Shown here: in pieces, positions 38,593 to 47,652 of the stretch
How the letters are laid out: each line of letters opens with the position of its first letter
Numbering within the stretch: position 1 is the stretch's first letter
Origin: Nitrospiraceae bacterium
Lineage (GTDB): Bacteria; Nitrospirota; Nitrospiria; Nitrospirales; UBA2166
Direction of reading: 5' to 3'
Assembly: GCA_002726235.1 (NCBI GenBank)
Contig: PBSN01000007.1
Span: 1 to 64,000 of the forward strand
Length of the DNA stretch: 64,000 nucleotides
Made by a program: the position numbers and the translations under genes
The notes under the pieces: model-generated
Told to the model about the DNA's origin: nothing
Databases searched by the model: none
What the model saw: only the letters and a program-made list of their open reading frames with translations

Positions 38593-39507
38593 TCATACCG
38601 GTGTGAGCCAGTCACTGTGAGTGTCTGATTTTCCAGATACCGTGTCAAAATAGGAACACTGGATTTTTTTGGTGATTGGTCCTGGTTTCCCTTCACCAAT
38701 TGCGCGATTGTCGATTTCTTTGAGGGGGGTAATTTCAGCTGCAGTTCCGGTAAGAAAGACCTCGTCAGCACTATACATCTCGTCGCGACCGAATCGCTCT
38801 TCTTTGACGGTAAATCCGAAGTCCCGCGCAATCTGAAACACTGAATTACGGGTAATGCCTTCCAGCACTGCCTGAAGAGGCGGCGTTTTTAGGCGTCCAC
38901 GGCGAACGATGAAGATGTTCTCCCCAGTTGCCTCGGCGACGTAGCCGTCTGTATCCAGTAAGATGGCTTCATCGTAGCCCCCTCGTTTGACTTCCTGTTT
39001 CGCCATGATGGAATTGACGTAGTACCCGCTAATTTTCGCCAGGGGCATGTTCGAGTTTACGTGATGTCGTGCGTAAGAAGACACCTTGGCTCGAATACCG
39101 TTCAGCAAGCCGTCCTCTCCCAAGTATGTTCCCCATGGCCATGCCGCTATTGCAACGCGGACAGGGAGGTTCTCACTCGGATAAAGGCCCATCTCGCCAT
39201 ATCCGAGATAGATCAGTGGCCTGATATAACAGGCATCGAGTGCATTAGCTCGAACAACGTTTAGGATGGCGGTACTGATTTCTTCCTTGCTGAACGGAAC
39301 ATGAACCATGCCGATGTTGGCAGAGGCAAACAAACGATCAACATGGTCGGAGAGTCGGAAGATCGCAGATCCTTGTGGACCTTTGTAGCATCGAATCCCT
39401 TCGAACATCCCCAGCCCGTAATGCAAACTATGCGTGAGGACATGGACGTGCGCGTCCTTCCAGTCTACTAAGGTGCCGTCCATCCAAATTTTCGATCCTT
39501 CCTGCAT
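38593..39507 (-). CDS. ilvE: Branched-chain amino acid aminotransferase
   Basis: HSLHYG..FEGIR, YIRP, AKISGYY, EATGENIF, LEGITR, GTAAE. Confidence 0.97.
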   Translation of the reverse strand: MQEGSKIWMDGTLVDWKDAHVHVLTHSLHYGLGMFEGIRCYKGPQGSAIFRLSDHVDRLFASANIGMVHVPFSKEEISTAILNVVRANALDACYIRPLIYLGYGEMGLYPSENLPVRVAIAAWPWGTYLGEDGLLNGIRAKVSSYARHHVNSNMPLAKISGYYVNSIMAKQEVKRGGYDEAILLDTDGYVAEATGENIFIVRRGRLKTPPLQAVLEGITRNSVFQIARDFGFTVKEERFGRDEMYSADEVFLTGTAAEITPLKEIDNRAIGEGKPGPITKKIQCSYFDTVSGKSDTHSDWLTPV

Positions 39508-39693
39508 CGGGTTGCTCCATCCTCTCTAGCGAGTGTAGTCAGGGATGCGGGGCGCATCATAACAGCCTGTCCGTGAACGGGTCAACGAATTGTCTCGGTG
39601 TCGTGCATAGACTTTTTGTCGAGCAATGTCCTACAATTCGGTGCGAGAATCAGCATAGGATATTCGAAAATGCCAGTGAAAATAAGGGTTGAA

Positions 39694-41664
39694 ATGATGG
39701 GACACTTCAAATGGATAAGGCGGTATTTCCTCGTGGTTTTTATCATTGGTGCGTTTGTGTTGGTGCCTGGCATCGGTGCTGGCGACGCATTGGCGCACGA
39801 GGGTGAAGAACACGAAAAGAAAATACTCGGTGGTGCGGGAACAAGAGAAGGATTGTCATCGTCGCCATTTCGCAACAAACGCGATCATGAGATTCATTGG
39901 TATGAATGGGGTGACGAACCGTTCGAACGTGCGACGGCCGAGGATAAGCTCATCTTGCTGGATCTGACGGCGGTCTGGTGTCATTGGTGCCATGTGATGG
40001 ATGAGACCTCCTATTCCGACCCAGAAATCATCGCAATGCTGAATAGGGACTTTATTGCGATCCGGATAGATACCGATCGACGTCCGGATCTACAGGCGAG
40101 ATACCTCAGTGGAGGATGGCCGTCGACGGACATTCTTGTACCCAGCGGCGAACTGGTTTTTGGAGCGACGTATCTCCGTCCAGAGCAACTGAAATCGGTA
40201 CTTCGTGAATATCAACAACTCTATACGGATCATAAGCCGGAAGTTATGAAACGGGCGAAGGCCATGCAAGAGGAAATGAAGGCGGCGTGGGCTTCGCATG
40301 ATGCACCAAAGGGAGCAATTGATCCCGCGGTCATCACGCGCGCTGTCTCATTGATGAAAGGTAATTTTGATAAGGAAAATGGTGGCTTTGGTGCCTCGCC
40401 AAAGTTTTTCGAACACGATGCTCTCACCCTTGCATTTCTCATGCATCACCGGACTGGGGATGAAGAATTAAAAGAGGTTGTGCTCACCACGTTGCGGAAA
40501 CAGCTTGGAATCTTTGATCCGGTATGGGGTGGGTTCTATCGATATTCAGTGGATGAGGCTTGGACGACGCCCCACTATGAGAAAATGCTGGATACGCAGG
40601 CCATGGCAATCCGGAACTATCTTAACGCCTATCTGCTTACAGGGGAACGGCGATATCGCGCTGCTGTCGAAGGCATCATGACGTATGTTGATCGCTTCTT
40701 ATCGAATCCAGGCCGTGGGGGGTTCTTTGCGAGCCAGGATGCCGATGTTGGTAGTCATGATCCGCACGCGACCTTTGTTGATGGGGAGGATTACTATCTG
40801 CTGGGTGAGAAAGAACGATTGGCCATTGGGATTCCGCATGTTGACTTGACTGTTCTTACTCACTGGAACGGCCTGATGGCTGAGAGCTATCTTAAGGTGT
40901 ATCAGGCACTTGGGGACGAGCGAGCGAGAGATTTTGCGTTGAAAACCTTGGATATGCTGTACGTCACTCGGTATCGCAAAGGCGCTGGTATTGCGCATTA
41001 CTTTGCACATGGTAAACCTCAGCAATCAGGATTGCTGGTAGACCAGGTGGCATTTGCGCGCGCATTGATCGAGGCCTATGTGGTAACGGCGGACCGTTCA
41101 TACCTCCAGAAGGCCGAGATGATCGTTGCCGATATGCACGCGTTGTTGGAGGATAAAACGGCAGGAGGATTTTTCGACATGGCTTTCGACCCGGACGCAA
41201 AAGGGATGCTTCTTAGACCGGAAAAGCCCACGATAGAAAATGCTCGGGCTGCAATGTTGCTGAGCGAACTCTATTATTTCACCGAGAATGCTATGTACAA
41301 GAACGGTGCAGAACGGACATTGCAGTACTTGCTAGGAACTCGATCGCCATATCCCCCAGCTCTTGGGGCGCTCGCGGTTGATCGGTATCTCAACTATCCC
41401 CTGCATATTGTTGTTGTTGGAGAGAAGAAAGAACAAACAACACAGCGCCTGTGGCACGAAAGCCTCCGCGTGTATGCTCCAGGGAAGACCGTCATGTTGC
41501 TTGATCCTTCCACAGACGAGCTCGCCATTGGTGAAGTTACCTTTCCAAAACTTTCCCAACCCGCGGCCTATGTATGTACCGACCTGCTTTGTTCCAAGCC
41601 GATTGAAAAGCCAGGAGAGCTTCGCGAGAGCCTTAAACGGTTTCTTGCCGCGACTGTATCGTAG
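39694..41664 (+). CDS. YyaL/SSP411 (DUF255 thioredoxin + alpha/alpha barrel) protein with signal peptide
   Basis: WCHWCHVM, GGWP, GGFG.SPKF, GGFYRYSVD..WTTPHYEKML; N-terminal hydrophobic segment ending ALA. Confidence 0.9.
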   Translation: MMGHFKWIRRYFLVVFIIGAFVLVPGIGAGDALAHEGEEHEKKILGGAGTREGLSSSPFRNKRDHEIHWYEWGDEPFERATAEDKLILLDLTAVWCHWCHVMDETSYSDPEIIAMLNRDFIAIRIDTDRRPDLQARYLSGGWPSTDILVPSGELVFGATYLRPEQLKSVLREYQQLYTDHKPEVMKRAKAMQEEMKAAWASHDAPKGAIDPAVITRAVSLMKGNFDKENGGFGASPKFFEHDALTLAFLMHHRTGDEELKEVVLTTLRKQLGIFDPVWGGFYRYSVDEAWTTPHYEKMLDTQAMAIRNYLNAYLLTGERRYRAAVEGIMTYVDRFLSNPGRGGFFASQDADVGSHDPHATFVDGEDYYLLGEKERLAIGIPHVDLTVLTHWNGLMAESYLKVYQALGDERARDFALKTLDMLYVTRYRKGAGIAHYFAHGKPQQSGLLVDQVAFARALIEAYVVTADRSYLQKAEMIVADMHALLEDKTAGGFFDMAFDPDAKGMLLRPEKPTIENARAAMLLSELYYFTENAMYKNGAERTLQYLLGTRSPYPPALGALAVDRYLNYPLHIVVVGEKKEQTTQRLWHESLRVYAPGKTVMLLDPSTDELAIGEVTFPKLSQPAAYVCTDLLCSKPIEKPGELRESLKRFLAATVS

Positions 41665-41775
41665 TTATGGTGCTGATGGAGGGGTTGCGTGGTGTCAGCG
41701 CGACTATCCTTTCATTCGCCTTGTTTCTCTCCTTCAACCACCGGACACGCTCTTTCTATCGTTAGAAATTCGACT

Positions 41776-42534
41776 ATGCGGCTTGCGAATAAAACAGCAC
41801 TTATCAGTGGTGGTGGGACTGGTATTGGAAAAGCGATAGCTATATGTTTTGCAGCAGAAGGTGCGCGGGTGATGATTGTTGGTCGGCGGAAAAGTCCTTT
41901 GGCCGAAACCGTATCCGAGATTCATTCGCATGGGGGGCAGGCTGCGTATGTGATTGCAGATTATGCGCAGGTGAAACAGGTGAAGGAGTCGATTGCTGCG
42001 ACAATATCTACATTTGGGACGCTTGATATTTTGGTGAACAATGCCGGGGTGGCGGGGTTTAAGCCTATTCTTGAGGTGACTGAAGAGGATTATGAGTACC
42101 AGACAAGCATCAATCTCAAGGGTCTGTTGTTTGCCACCAAGTTTGCGATTCCTCTGCTTGCTTCCCAGGGAGGTGGTTCTATCGTGAATATCTCATCCGG
42201 TGCGGGATTGAAGGCGGTGCCTTTATCGTCCGTCTATGGGACCACGAAGGCAGGAGTGGTTCATCTCACCAAGATCAGTGCCCTCGAGACAGCCGATAAA
42301 AACATCCGAGTCAATTGCATCTGTCCAGGGTTTATCGAAACGCCCATCTTTGACACGTTCATTCCAAAGGATCAATTGAGGGCATCAAAAGCCAGTTTTA
42401 GCGAGATGACTCCGTTGAAACGAATGGGGCGTGCGGATGAAGTTGCAAAGGCGGCACTCTACCTCGTATCCGAAGATGCCTCATGGATGACAGGTAATGT
42501 GGTGACCTTGGATGGGGGCCTGAATATCGCATAA
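41776..42534 (+). CDS. SDR family oxidoreductase
   Basis: GGGTGIG, NNAG, YGTTK, IRVNCICPG. Confidence 0.93.
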   Translation: MRLANKTALISGGGTGIGKAIAICFAAEGARVMIVGRRKSPLAETVSEIHSHGGQAAYVIADYAQVKQVKESIAATISTFGTLDILVNNAGVAGFKPILEVTEEDYEYQTSINLKGLLFATKFAIPLLASQGGGSIVNISSGAGLKAVPLSSVYGTTKAGVVHLTKISALETADKNIRVNCICPGFIETPIFDTFIPKDQLRASKASFSEMTPLKRMGRADEVAKAALYLVSEDASWMTGNVVTLDGGLNIA

Positions 42535-42541
42535 TTTTTGT

Positions 42542-42991
42542 ATGAGCCGCGCTGTCCCAAAGGGGTTGCTGAGTGTGTTTGCGTGTGGGGTCATGTTATG
42601 TGCGATCCCGTCTTTGGCCACCCAGAAGAGTTTTCAATCGACAACAATTTCAAACATTGCGAATGATCCTGGTGCCTATGACCGCAAAAAAGTTGCTGTC
42701 TCTGGGAAGATTGTGAGTTTGCAAGTGCTTCGATCCTTTCGAGGGGCTACTTACGTTTCCATGGTGTTGATTGATGAAGACCAAGTAGATTCCCTGCCTG
42801 CTTTGACGGTTCTCTTCTGGCCATCCCATCCCTTGGCGATGGGGGATGTCGTGACTATTGAGGGGCGCTATCATGTGCAATGGAGATTTGGCGGGCTTGA
42901 ACATGATCATTTCGTCGACGCTAGTAAGGTGGTGCGTGAAGGTGAAGTTGAATTACCGTCTGCCTCACCGTCTCCGCGTATTCAGTTGTAA
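42542..42991 (+). CDS. Exported OB-fold-like hypothetical protein
   Basis: Signal peptide; YDRKKVAVSGKI...GDVVTIEG pattern. Confidence 0.55.
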   Translation: MSRAVPKGLLSVFACGVMLCAIPSLATQKSFQSTTISNIANDPGAYDRKKVAVSGKIVSLQVLRSFRGATYVSMVLIDEDQVDSLPALTVLFWPSHPLAMGDVVTIEGRYHVQWRFGGLEHDHFVDASKVVREGEVELPSASPSPRIQL

Positions 42992-43009
42992 CCGATTTGC
43001 TTTGAAGGT

Positions 43010-43681
43010 ATGGATTGGACACGAGAAGAACTTAGTGCATCGGTGGTTGCGTATATCGAAATGCGTGACTTCGAGCAGCGTGGTGAAAAGTTCGTTAAAA
43101 AACGATTCTACGAGGCACTAAGCGAGCGATTCGATAGGTCTCCAAAGGCATTCGAGTATCGAATGCAAAATATCTCCTACGTCTATTCTGTCTTAGGAAG
43201 GCAGTGGGTTAGTGGTCTAAAACCCGCAAAAAACGTTGGTGCAAACGTTCTCCCCGTCATTGAGGAACTGATTTTCCAACACGAAGGCGTCATATCCACT
43301 CCGAAAGTAGAGTTTGAAGAACAGGTCTCCAAACTGAGGCGGGAGAAAACTCTCCCCAAACCGCAGGGAAGCAAGTCCCCGCAAAAACAAAGCAAGGAGA
43401 CTACATCCTACGACAGAGACCCAGAGGTAGTAGCGTGGATTCTCAAAAAATCAGGTGGTATCTGTGAGAGTTGCGAGAACCCCGCACCTTTTGTGAAACC
43501 TGACGGGGACTTCTATCTCGAAGTTCACCATCTTCGCAGATTGGCAGATGGTGGAAGTGACACTGTGACCAATGCAGTGGCAGTTTGTCCTAACTGTCAC
43601 AGAGAATTGCATTACGGCAGCAACAGAGAAAATGCACTAAAACACCTGTATCTTGTTATGGAGAGATTAGAGCGGGAGTAA
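43010..43681 (+). CDS. HNH endonuclease, McrA-like nuclease domain
   Basis: RDPEVVAWIL..GICESC..APF..DGDFYLEVHH..GGSDT..NAVAVCPNCHRELHY closely parallels the EcoKMcrA C-terminus. Confidence 0.9.
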   Translation: MDWTREELSASVVAYIEMRDFEQRGEKFVKKRFYEALSERFDRSPKAFEYRMQNISYVYSVLGRQWVSGLKPAKNVGANVLPVIEELIFQHEGVISTPKVEFEEQVSKLRREKTLPKPQGSKSPQKQSKETTSYDRDPEVVAWILKKSGGICESCENPAPFVKPDGDFYLEVHHLRRLADGGSDTVTNAVAVCPNCHRELHYGSNRENALKHLYLVMERLERE

Positions 43682-43755
43682 TTGAAATGAGAACATACCG
43701 AACAATTCAATCAGGCACTCTGTAAGGGTTAAATTATCTTTGTAGAGACAATCAT

Positions 43756-44418
43756 TTATTCGACAAGATGACCGCGGGCAATCCAGTGGCGATCGTCAGG
43801 GCAGGTGATGACAAAGTGGCCCAATCCGGATTCGGCTAATTGGGCTGAAACCTCTTCGTGGGTGAAAGCAGCTAGCATAGAGTTGTAGAAATCGCGGCGA
43901 AGGATTTCCGGTTCGTGATATGCGTACTGCTCAACGATGGTTTGAGCGATTGTTGTCGATTGAGGGCGGGAGAGATCCATGATGAGAACGGGTGCAGAGG
44001 GCTTTGCTAAGCGTGTGATCGTGGTCCAGAAATCCATAGGGCGGGGAAGGTGGTGCAGCAAACTATTGGAGATGACGGCATCAGCCAGGTCAGGCAAAAA
44101 AGTTCTTTGGATTGTTTCACAACGTAACTGGATGCAATCGTGTAGCTGCGCGGTGGTGATGGCTTTTTCTCCAAGCTGGATCATTGGACGTGAGGCGTCG
44201 ATGCCAATAACGCGACAGTCGGGGAGTGCTTGGACAAGCCGGATTGGAATATCCGCTGGGCCACATCCGAGGTCGATCACGGATCCAGAGAGGAAGTCCG
44301 GAAAACGCCGACGAAATTCATTGATAAAATATTCGTTTTCTTTTGAGAAGTCTGCTTGTGCGTATGCCTGCGCCTGGTCCGGATCGTCCATGAATTCTGG
44401 CTCAAGCACACGTTTCAT
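43756..44418 (-). CDS. Class I SAM-dependent methyltransferase
   Basis: MKRVLEPEFMD, DLGCGPAD, ISNSLLHH, DLSRP. Confidence 0.9.
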   Translation of the reverse strand: MKRVLEPEFMDDPDQAQAYAQADFSKENEYFINEFRRRFPDFLSGSVIDLGCGPADIPIRLVQALPDCRVIGIDASRPMIQLGEKAITTAQLHDCIQLRCETIQRTFLPDLADAVISNSLLHHLPRPMDFWTTITRLAKPSAPVLIMDLSRPQSTTIAQTIVEQYAYHEPEILRRDFYNSMLAAFTHEEVSAQLAESGLGHFVITCPDDRHWIARGHLVE

Positions 44419-45268
44419 TTCACGGAATTCCAACAGTCAATGCCATCTAACGTTTGATCTGGGATTACCTAGGTTTGTGGGTAGGATGCCCGTAGCATCA
44501 GGGGTGACGTAGTAAATAAAGCAAGTGGCTGCTCTTGGGAAAGGAGTGCCTTGCCTGGTCAATAATCGATTTGGTCAGTTGAAAGAGTTGTATCAGGATT
44601 CATGGGGATTCGTGGAGTCCCTTCTGTCTCCAGTGCCATCGGGACGTTGTAATTGGCAATGGCAACAGCGGCATCAATTGTAGCGTGGCGTATCATGATT
44701 GGGTTTTTCTGCTGATTTATAGTTCGTCACCAAACGTATTCCATGACCATCTTCGGTTCTGTTCCAACAAAATATTTGAGCGGGCGTGCATTTCCGACAT
44801 GCGTTGATAGTTTTCCTTCCGCTTCAGATTCAAATGTGGATTTGTGAGGTTCTGGTTGATTCGGATGTCATTATCCACGTGTAACGCGTCTTGCTCAGGC
44901 TAGTATAGCAGGGTTGCGTTTTGATCGATGATGCTGGCGAGGTCGTCATATGCGTTGAGAGCGAACACATCTGCTCGAAATCCTGCGATGAGGGGTGGAA
45001 TGGGTGTGTAGGATGCGGGTATTTCCATGGAAGAGGCTTTGGGGAGAAGAAAGAGCCGTTGAGGTGGTAGTATTTCAAATTTTCCACAGACTCGGTACTA
45101 TGCAACGAGGATATATGAACAGTGTAAAGAGGCTAGGCGTTCCATCCATTTTTCTCCAGCCAAGACATTGCCCGATGCCACACACGAAATATCGTCACTC
45201 TTTCAATTGATTGTTTCATTGATTCTATTGCGGGCAAGAAAAGGCGATTTGCGAAGTGTGATTCTCGA

Positions 45269-45283
45269 TGGCACGTTGATTGC
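45269..45283 (+). promoter_or_regulatory. Sigma54 -24/-12 promoter
   Basis: TGGCACGTTGATTGC equals TGGCAC-N5-TTGC and lies ~60 bp upstream of the lipoprotein start. Confidence 0.65.
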
Positions 45284-45340
45284 GTTTTAGGGGGGGGAGA
45301 CTTGAAGAGTTCGTTAATGCGTACAAAGATAAGGGGAATC

Positions 45341-46426
45341 ATGATCCGATTGAGGATAGTGCTGTTCACCCTTGGAGTACTTCTGATTGTTCTCAATGGG
45401 TGCAGCCAACTCGGACCCGGAAGAATTGAAGTAGGCCGTGGACACTATAATGCGGTCGTTCAGCAGACCGACAATGAACAAATGCTTCTCAATCTGGTTC
45501 GCCTGCGTTACCGTGACACGCCGTTTTTTCTTCAGGTAGCAAGCGTGTCTACGAACTTCGAGTTCCAAGTTTCCGCAGATACCAGTGCGTCATTGAATAC
45601 GGGCCCAGACGTGTATGGCCTTGGCGTTGCGGGTAAGATGATCGAATCGCCGACTGTCACCTATACGCCTCTGCAAGGGGATCTATTTGTCAAAGAGTTG
45701 CTTTCGCCCGTAAGTCTGTCCACAGTAGTCTTGTTGTACCATTCTGGATGGGCAATTGATCGGATCTTTAACGTCACGATGCAATATCTTAATGGGATTC
45801 CAAACGCGCCGAGTGCGTCAGGCCCGACACCGGATGGGGTTCCTGAATATGCGGTCTTTCATCGGATCACCGATCTTCTTCGGGTTCTCCAAAAGCGGGG
45901 GGACGTGACCCTTTGGCAGGCTGAAGGAGGTGTTCCGGCTCAAAGCATGATTTTGCGCATCGCACCGCGTGCGCTTGATTTACCGGAAGGGAGTCAACTG
46001 GTTGAACTCCTTCGTTTGCCCCCTGGGAAAACCGATTACACGATCACTACCACTGTGGATTCAAGTAACGGCGAGGAAATGAGCGTTGTGATGCGATCAT
46101 TGATGGCAAGCTTGTTTTATGTGTCGCAGGGTGTGCAACCGTTGCCTGAAGATGAAACACGTGGTCGTGTCACGGTCACTCGTGATGCCAGTGGCCAACC
46201 GTTTGATTGGAGGCGGGTGACTGGAGAGTTGATGCAGATACATTCAAGTGTGAACCAACCAGAATTTGCGGCCGTACGTGTTCAATACCGTGGAACATGG
46301 TTTTACATCGATGATTCCGATTTGACCTCAAAGTCGACGTTTGCGTTGCTCATGAATCTCTTTGCGTTGCAGGCTGGCGATGTTCCAGCAACTGCGCCTG
46401 TGCTCACACTTCCTGTCGCTCGATAA
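45341..46426 (+). CDS. Conserved hypothetical lipoprotein
   Basis: Lipobox LNGC; QMLLNLVRLRYRDTP, PTVTYTPLQG, WFYIDDSDLTSK, APVLTLPV. Confidence 0.75.
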   Translation: MIRLRIVLFTLGVLLIVLNGCSQLGPGRIEVGRGHYNAVVQQTDNEQMLLNLVRLRYRDTPFFLQVASVSTNFEFQVSADTSASLNTGPDVYGLGVAGKMIESPTVTYTPLQGDLFVKELLSPVSLSTVVLLYHSGWAIDRIFNVTMQYLNGIPNAPSASGPTPDGVPEYAVFHRITDLLRVLQKRGDVTLWQAEGGVPAQSMILRIAPRALDLPEGSQLVELLRLPPGKTDYTITTTVDSSNGEEMSVVMRSLMASLFYVSQGVQPLPEDETRGRVTVTRDASGQPFDWRRVTGELMQIHSSVNQPEFAAVRVQYRGTWFYIDDSDLTSKSTFALLMNLFALQAGDVPATAPVLTLPVAR

Positions 46427-46445
46427 GGTCAGTTGAGGAATAGCT

Positions 46446-46492
46446 CTGTCCTCCGAAGGCAGAGGTCAGAGGTTCGAATCCTCTCGGGTGCA
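46446..46492 (+). pseudogene. 3' fragment of tRNA-Arg(CCG), possible att-site scar
   Basis: Anticodon arm CTGTC-CTCCGAA-GGCAG, T arm AGAGG-TTCGAAT-CCTCT and acceptor 3' strand CGGGTGCA are present; the matching 5' GCACCCG is absent. Confidence 0.75.
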
Positions 46493-46619
46493 GCGCACGT
46501 TTGGGAACGGGTGTCTCATCCTGGAGACTAATGCCAAATTGCCTTAGTTTTTACTAGTTAGTATTCGTTTGAAGTGAACCACGAAATTGTGTCGGTGGGG
46601 GATGAACCCCTTGAAAATA

Positions 46620-46648
46620 TTGCAAAATATGCCCCATATTCTTACAAT
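46620..46648 (+). promoter_or_regulatory. Putative sigma70 promoter of the gsp operon
   Basis: TTGCAA, 17-nt spacer, TACAAT; the spacer contains the inverted repeat AATATG-ccc-CATATT. Confidence 0.5.
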
Positions 46649-46695
46649 GATGGCTTCCTCTCCAATTATTATCAGTGTAAGGATCACTGGATGTT

Positions 46696-47652
46696 GTGAA
46701 ACGGACTTTATCAGGCCGGGTGGTGACGATTCTCTTTGTTATTACCGGTGCGGCTTTTGGGCTTGCGAGTATTCTAAATAGCCTACTTGCACACGCTTTA
46801 GCATCGCCTTCTACCGTTTCCATGCGCGTGGATTTTCCGCATCCACTACAACAGGCTATTGATATTGATCAGGTTGTACGGGTTATTCTCAGTGGGGACC
46901 TGTTTCTGCAGCCCGAACATCTCAAATCAGCTTCTATCAATGGAGATCCCTTATCGGACTCTTCTGGTTATGAGATTTCATCGTCTGGAGAGATCGTGAC
47001 ACCCGATGGACCTATTCCGCTTCGTCTGATGGGCACGGTCGTTGGACCTCCGCGGCTGACCTATGCGATTATCGAGTCTGATGATGAGGGACAGCGGCTG
47101 TATCATCTCCACGACATGGTTCTTGATGTGGCAAAAGTGGTTCGGATCGTGCGGAATGAAGTTACTGTTGAGGTGGGGGGGGTACCGGCGTTACTGCGGA
47201 CGGAATTCGAACCCGCGCGCTCGAGCTCTGAATCCCAACCTAGCGCTTCAAGTACGGCATCGATCTCATTAAGAGGATCCAAAGCCATCGTCGTGGCCCC
47301 GCGAAAATCAGCGCGGAAAGGGAAAAAATTAAAGCATCGATTAACGTTAGACCGTAAGGAGGTTGACGCAGCGTTTGCCAATCTCCCCAAGCTTCTGACG
47401 CAAGCACGGGTGATGCCTCATTATGCCAGTGGGAAAATGGCTGGGTTCCAAGTGGTCTCTGTGAAATCAGAAAGCCTGTTCGATCGTATTGGGTTGCAGT
47501 CTCAAGATGTGCTGAAGCGAATCAATGGGATGGAAATCAAAGATCCATCGAGATTCCTCAGTGCGTTTCAGCAGGTGAAGGAAGAGGAAACAATTACTCT
47601 TGACCTCGTTCGGCAAGGGAAGTCAAATACCTTCGTGTACGAGATTCGGTAA
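46696..47652 (+). CDS. gspC: T2SS protein C (PDZ-type)
   Basis: N-terminal TM; HR domain LRLMGTV..AIIE; PDZ domain GLQSQDVLKRING. Confidence 0.9.
   Translation: MKRTLSGRVVTILFVITGAAFGLASILNSLLAHALASPSTVSMRVDFPHPLQQAIDIDQVVRVILSGDLFLQPEHLKSASINGDPLSDSSGYEISSSGEIVTPDGPIPLRLMGTVVGPPRLTYAIIESDDEGQRLYHLHDMVLDVAKVVRIVRNEVTVEVGGVPALLRTEFEPARSSSESQPSASSTASISLRGSKAIVVAPRKSARKGKKLKHRLTLDRKEVDAAFANLPKLLTQARVMPHYASGKMAGFQVVSVKSESLFDRIGLQSQDVLKRINGMEIKDPSRFLSAFQQVKEEETITLDLVRQGKSNTFVYEIR

Noticed and set aside
43697..43734. ACCGAAC...GTTAAAT after the HNH gene as a possible integron attC
   Set aside because: About 38 bp is too short, the complementarity is poor and there is no integrase.
46419..46495. 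Intact tRNA-Arg gene
   Set aside because: The 5' acceptor strand cannot pair with CGGGTGC; reported as a fragment instead.
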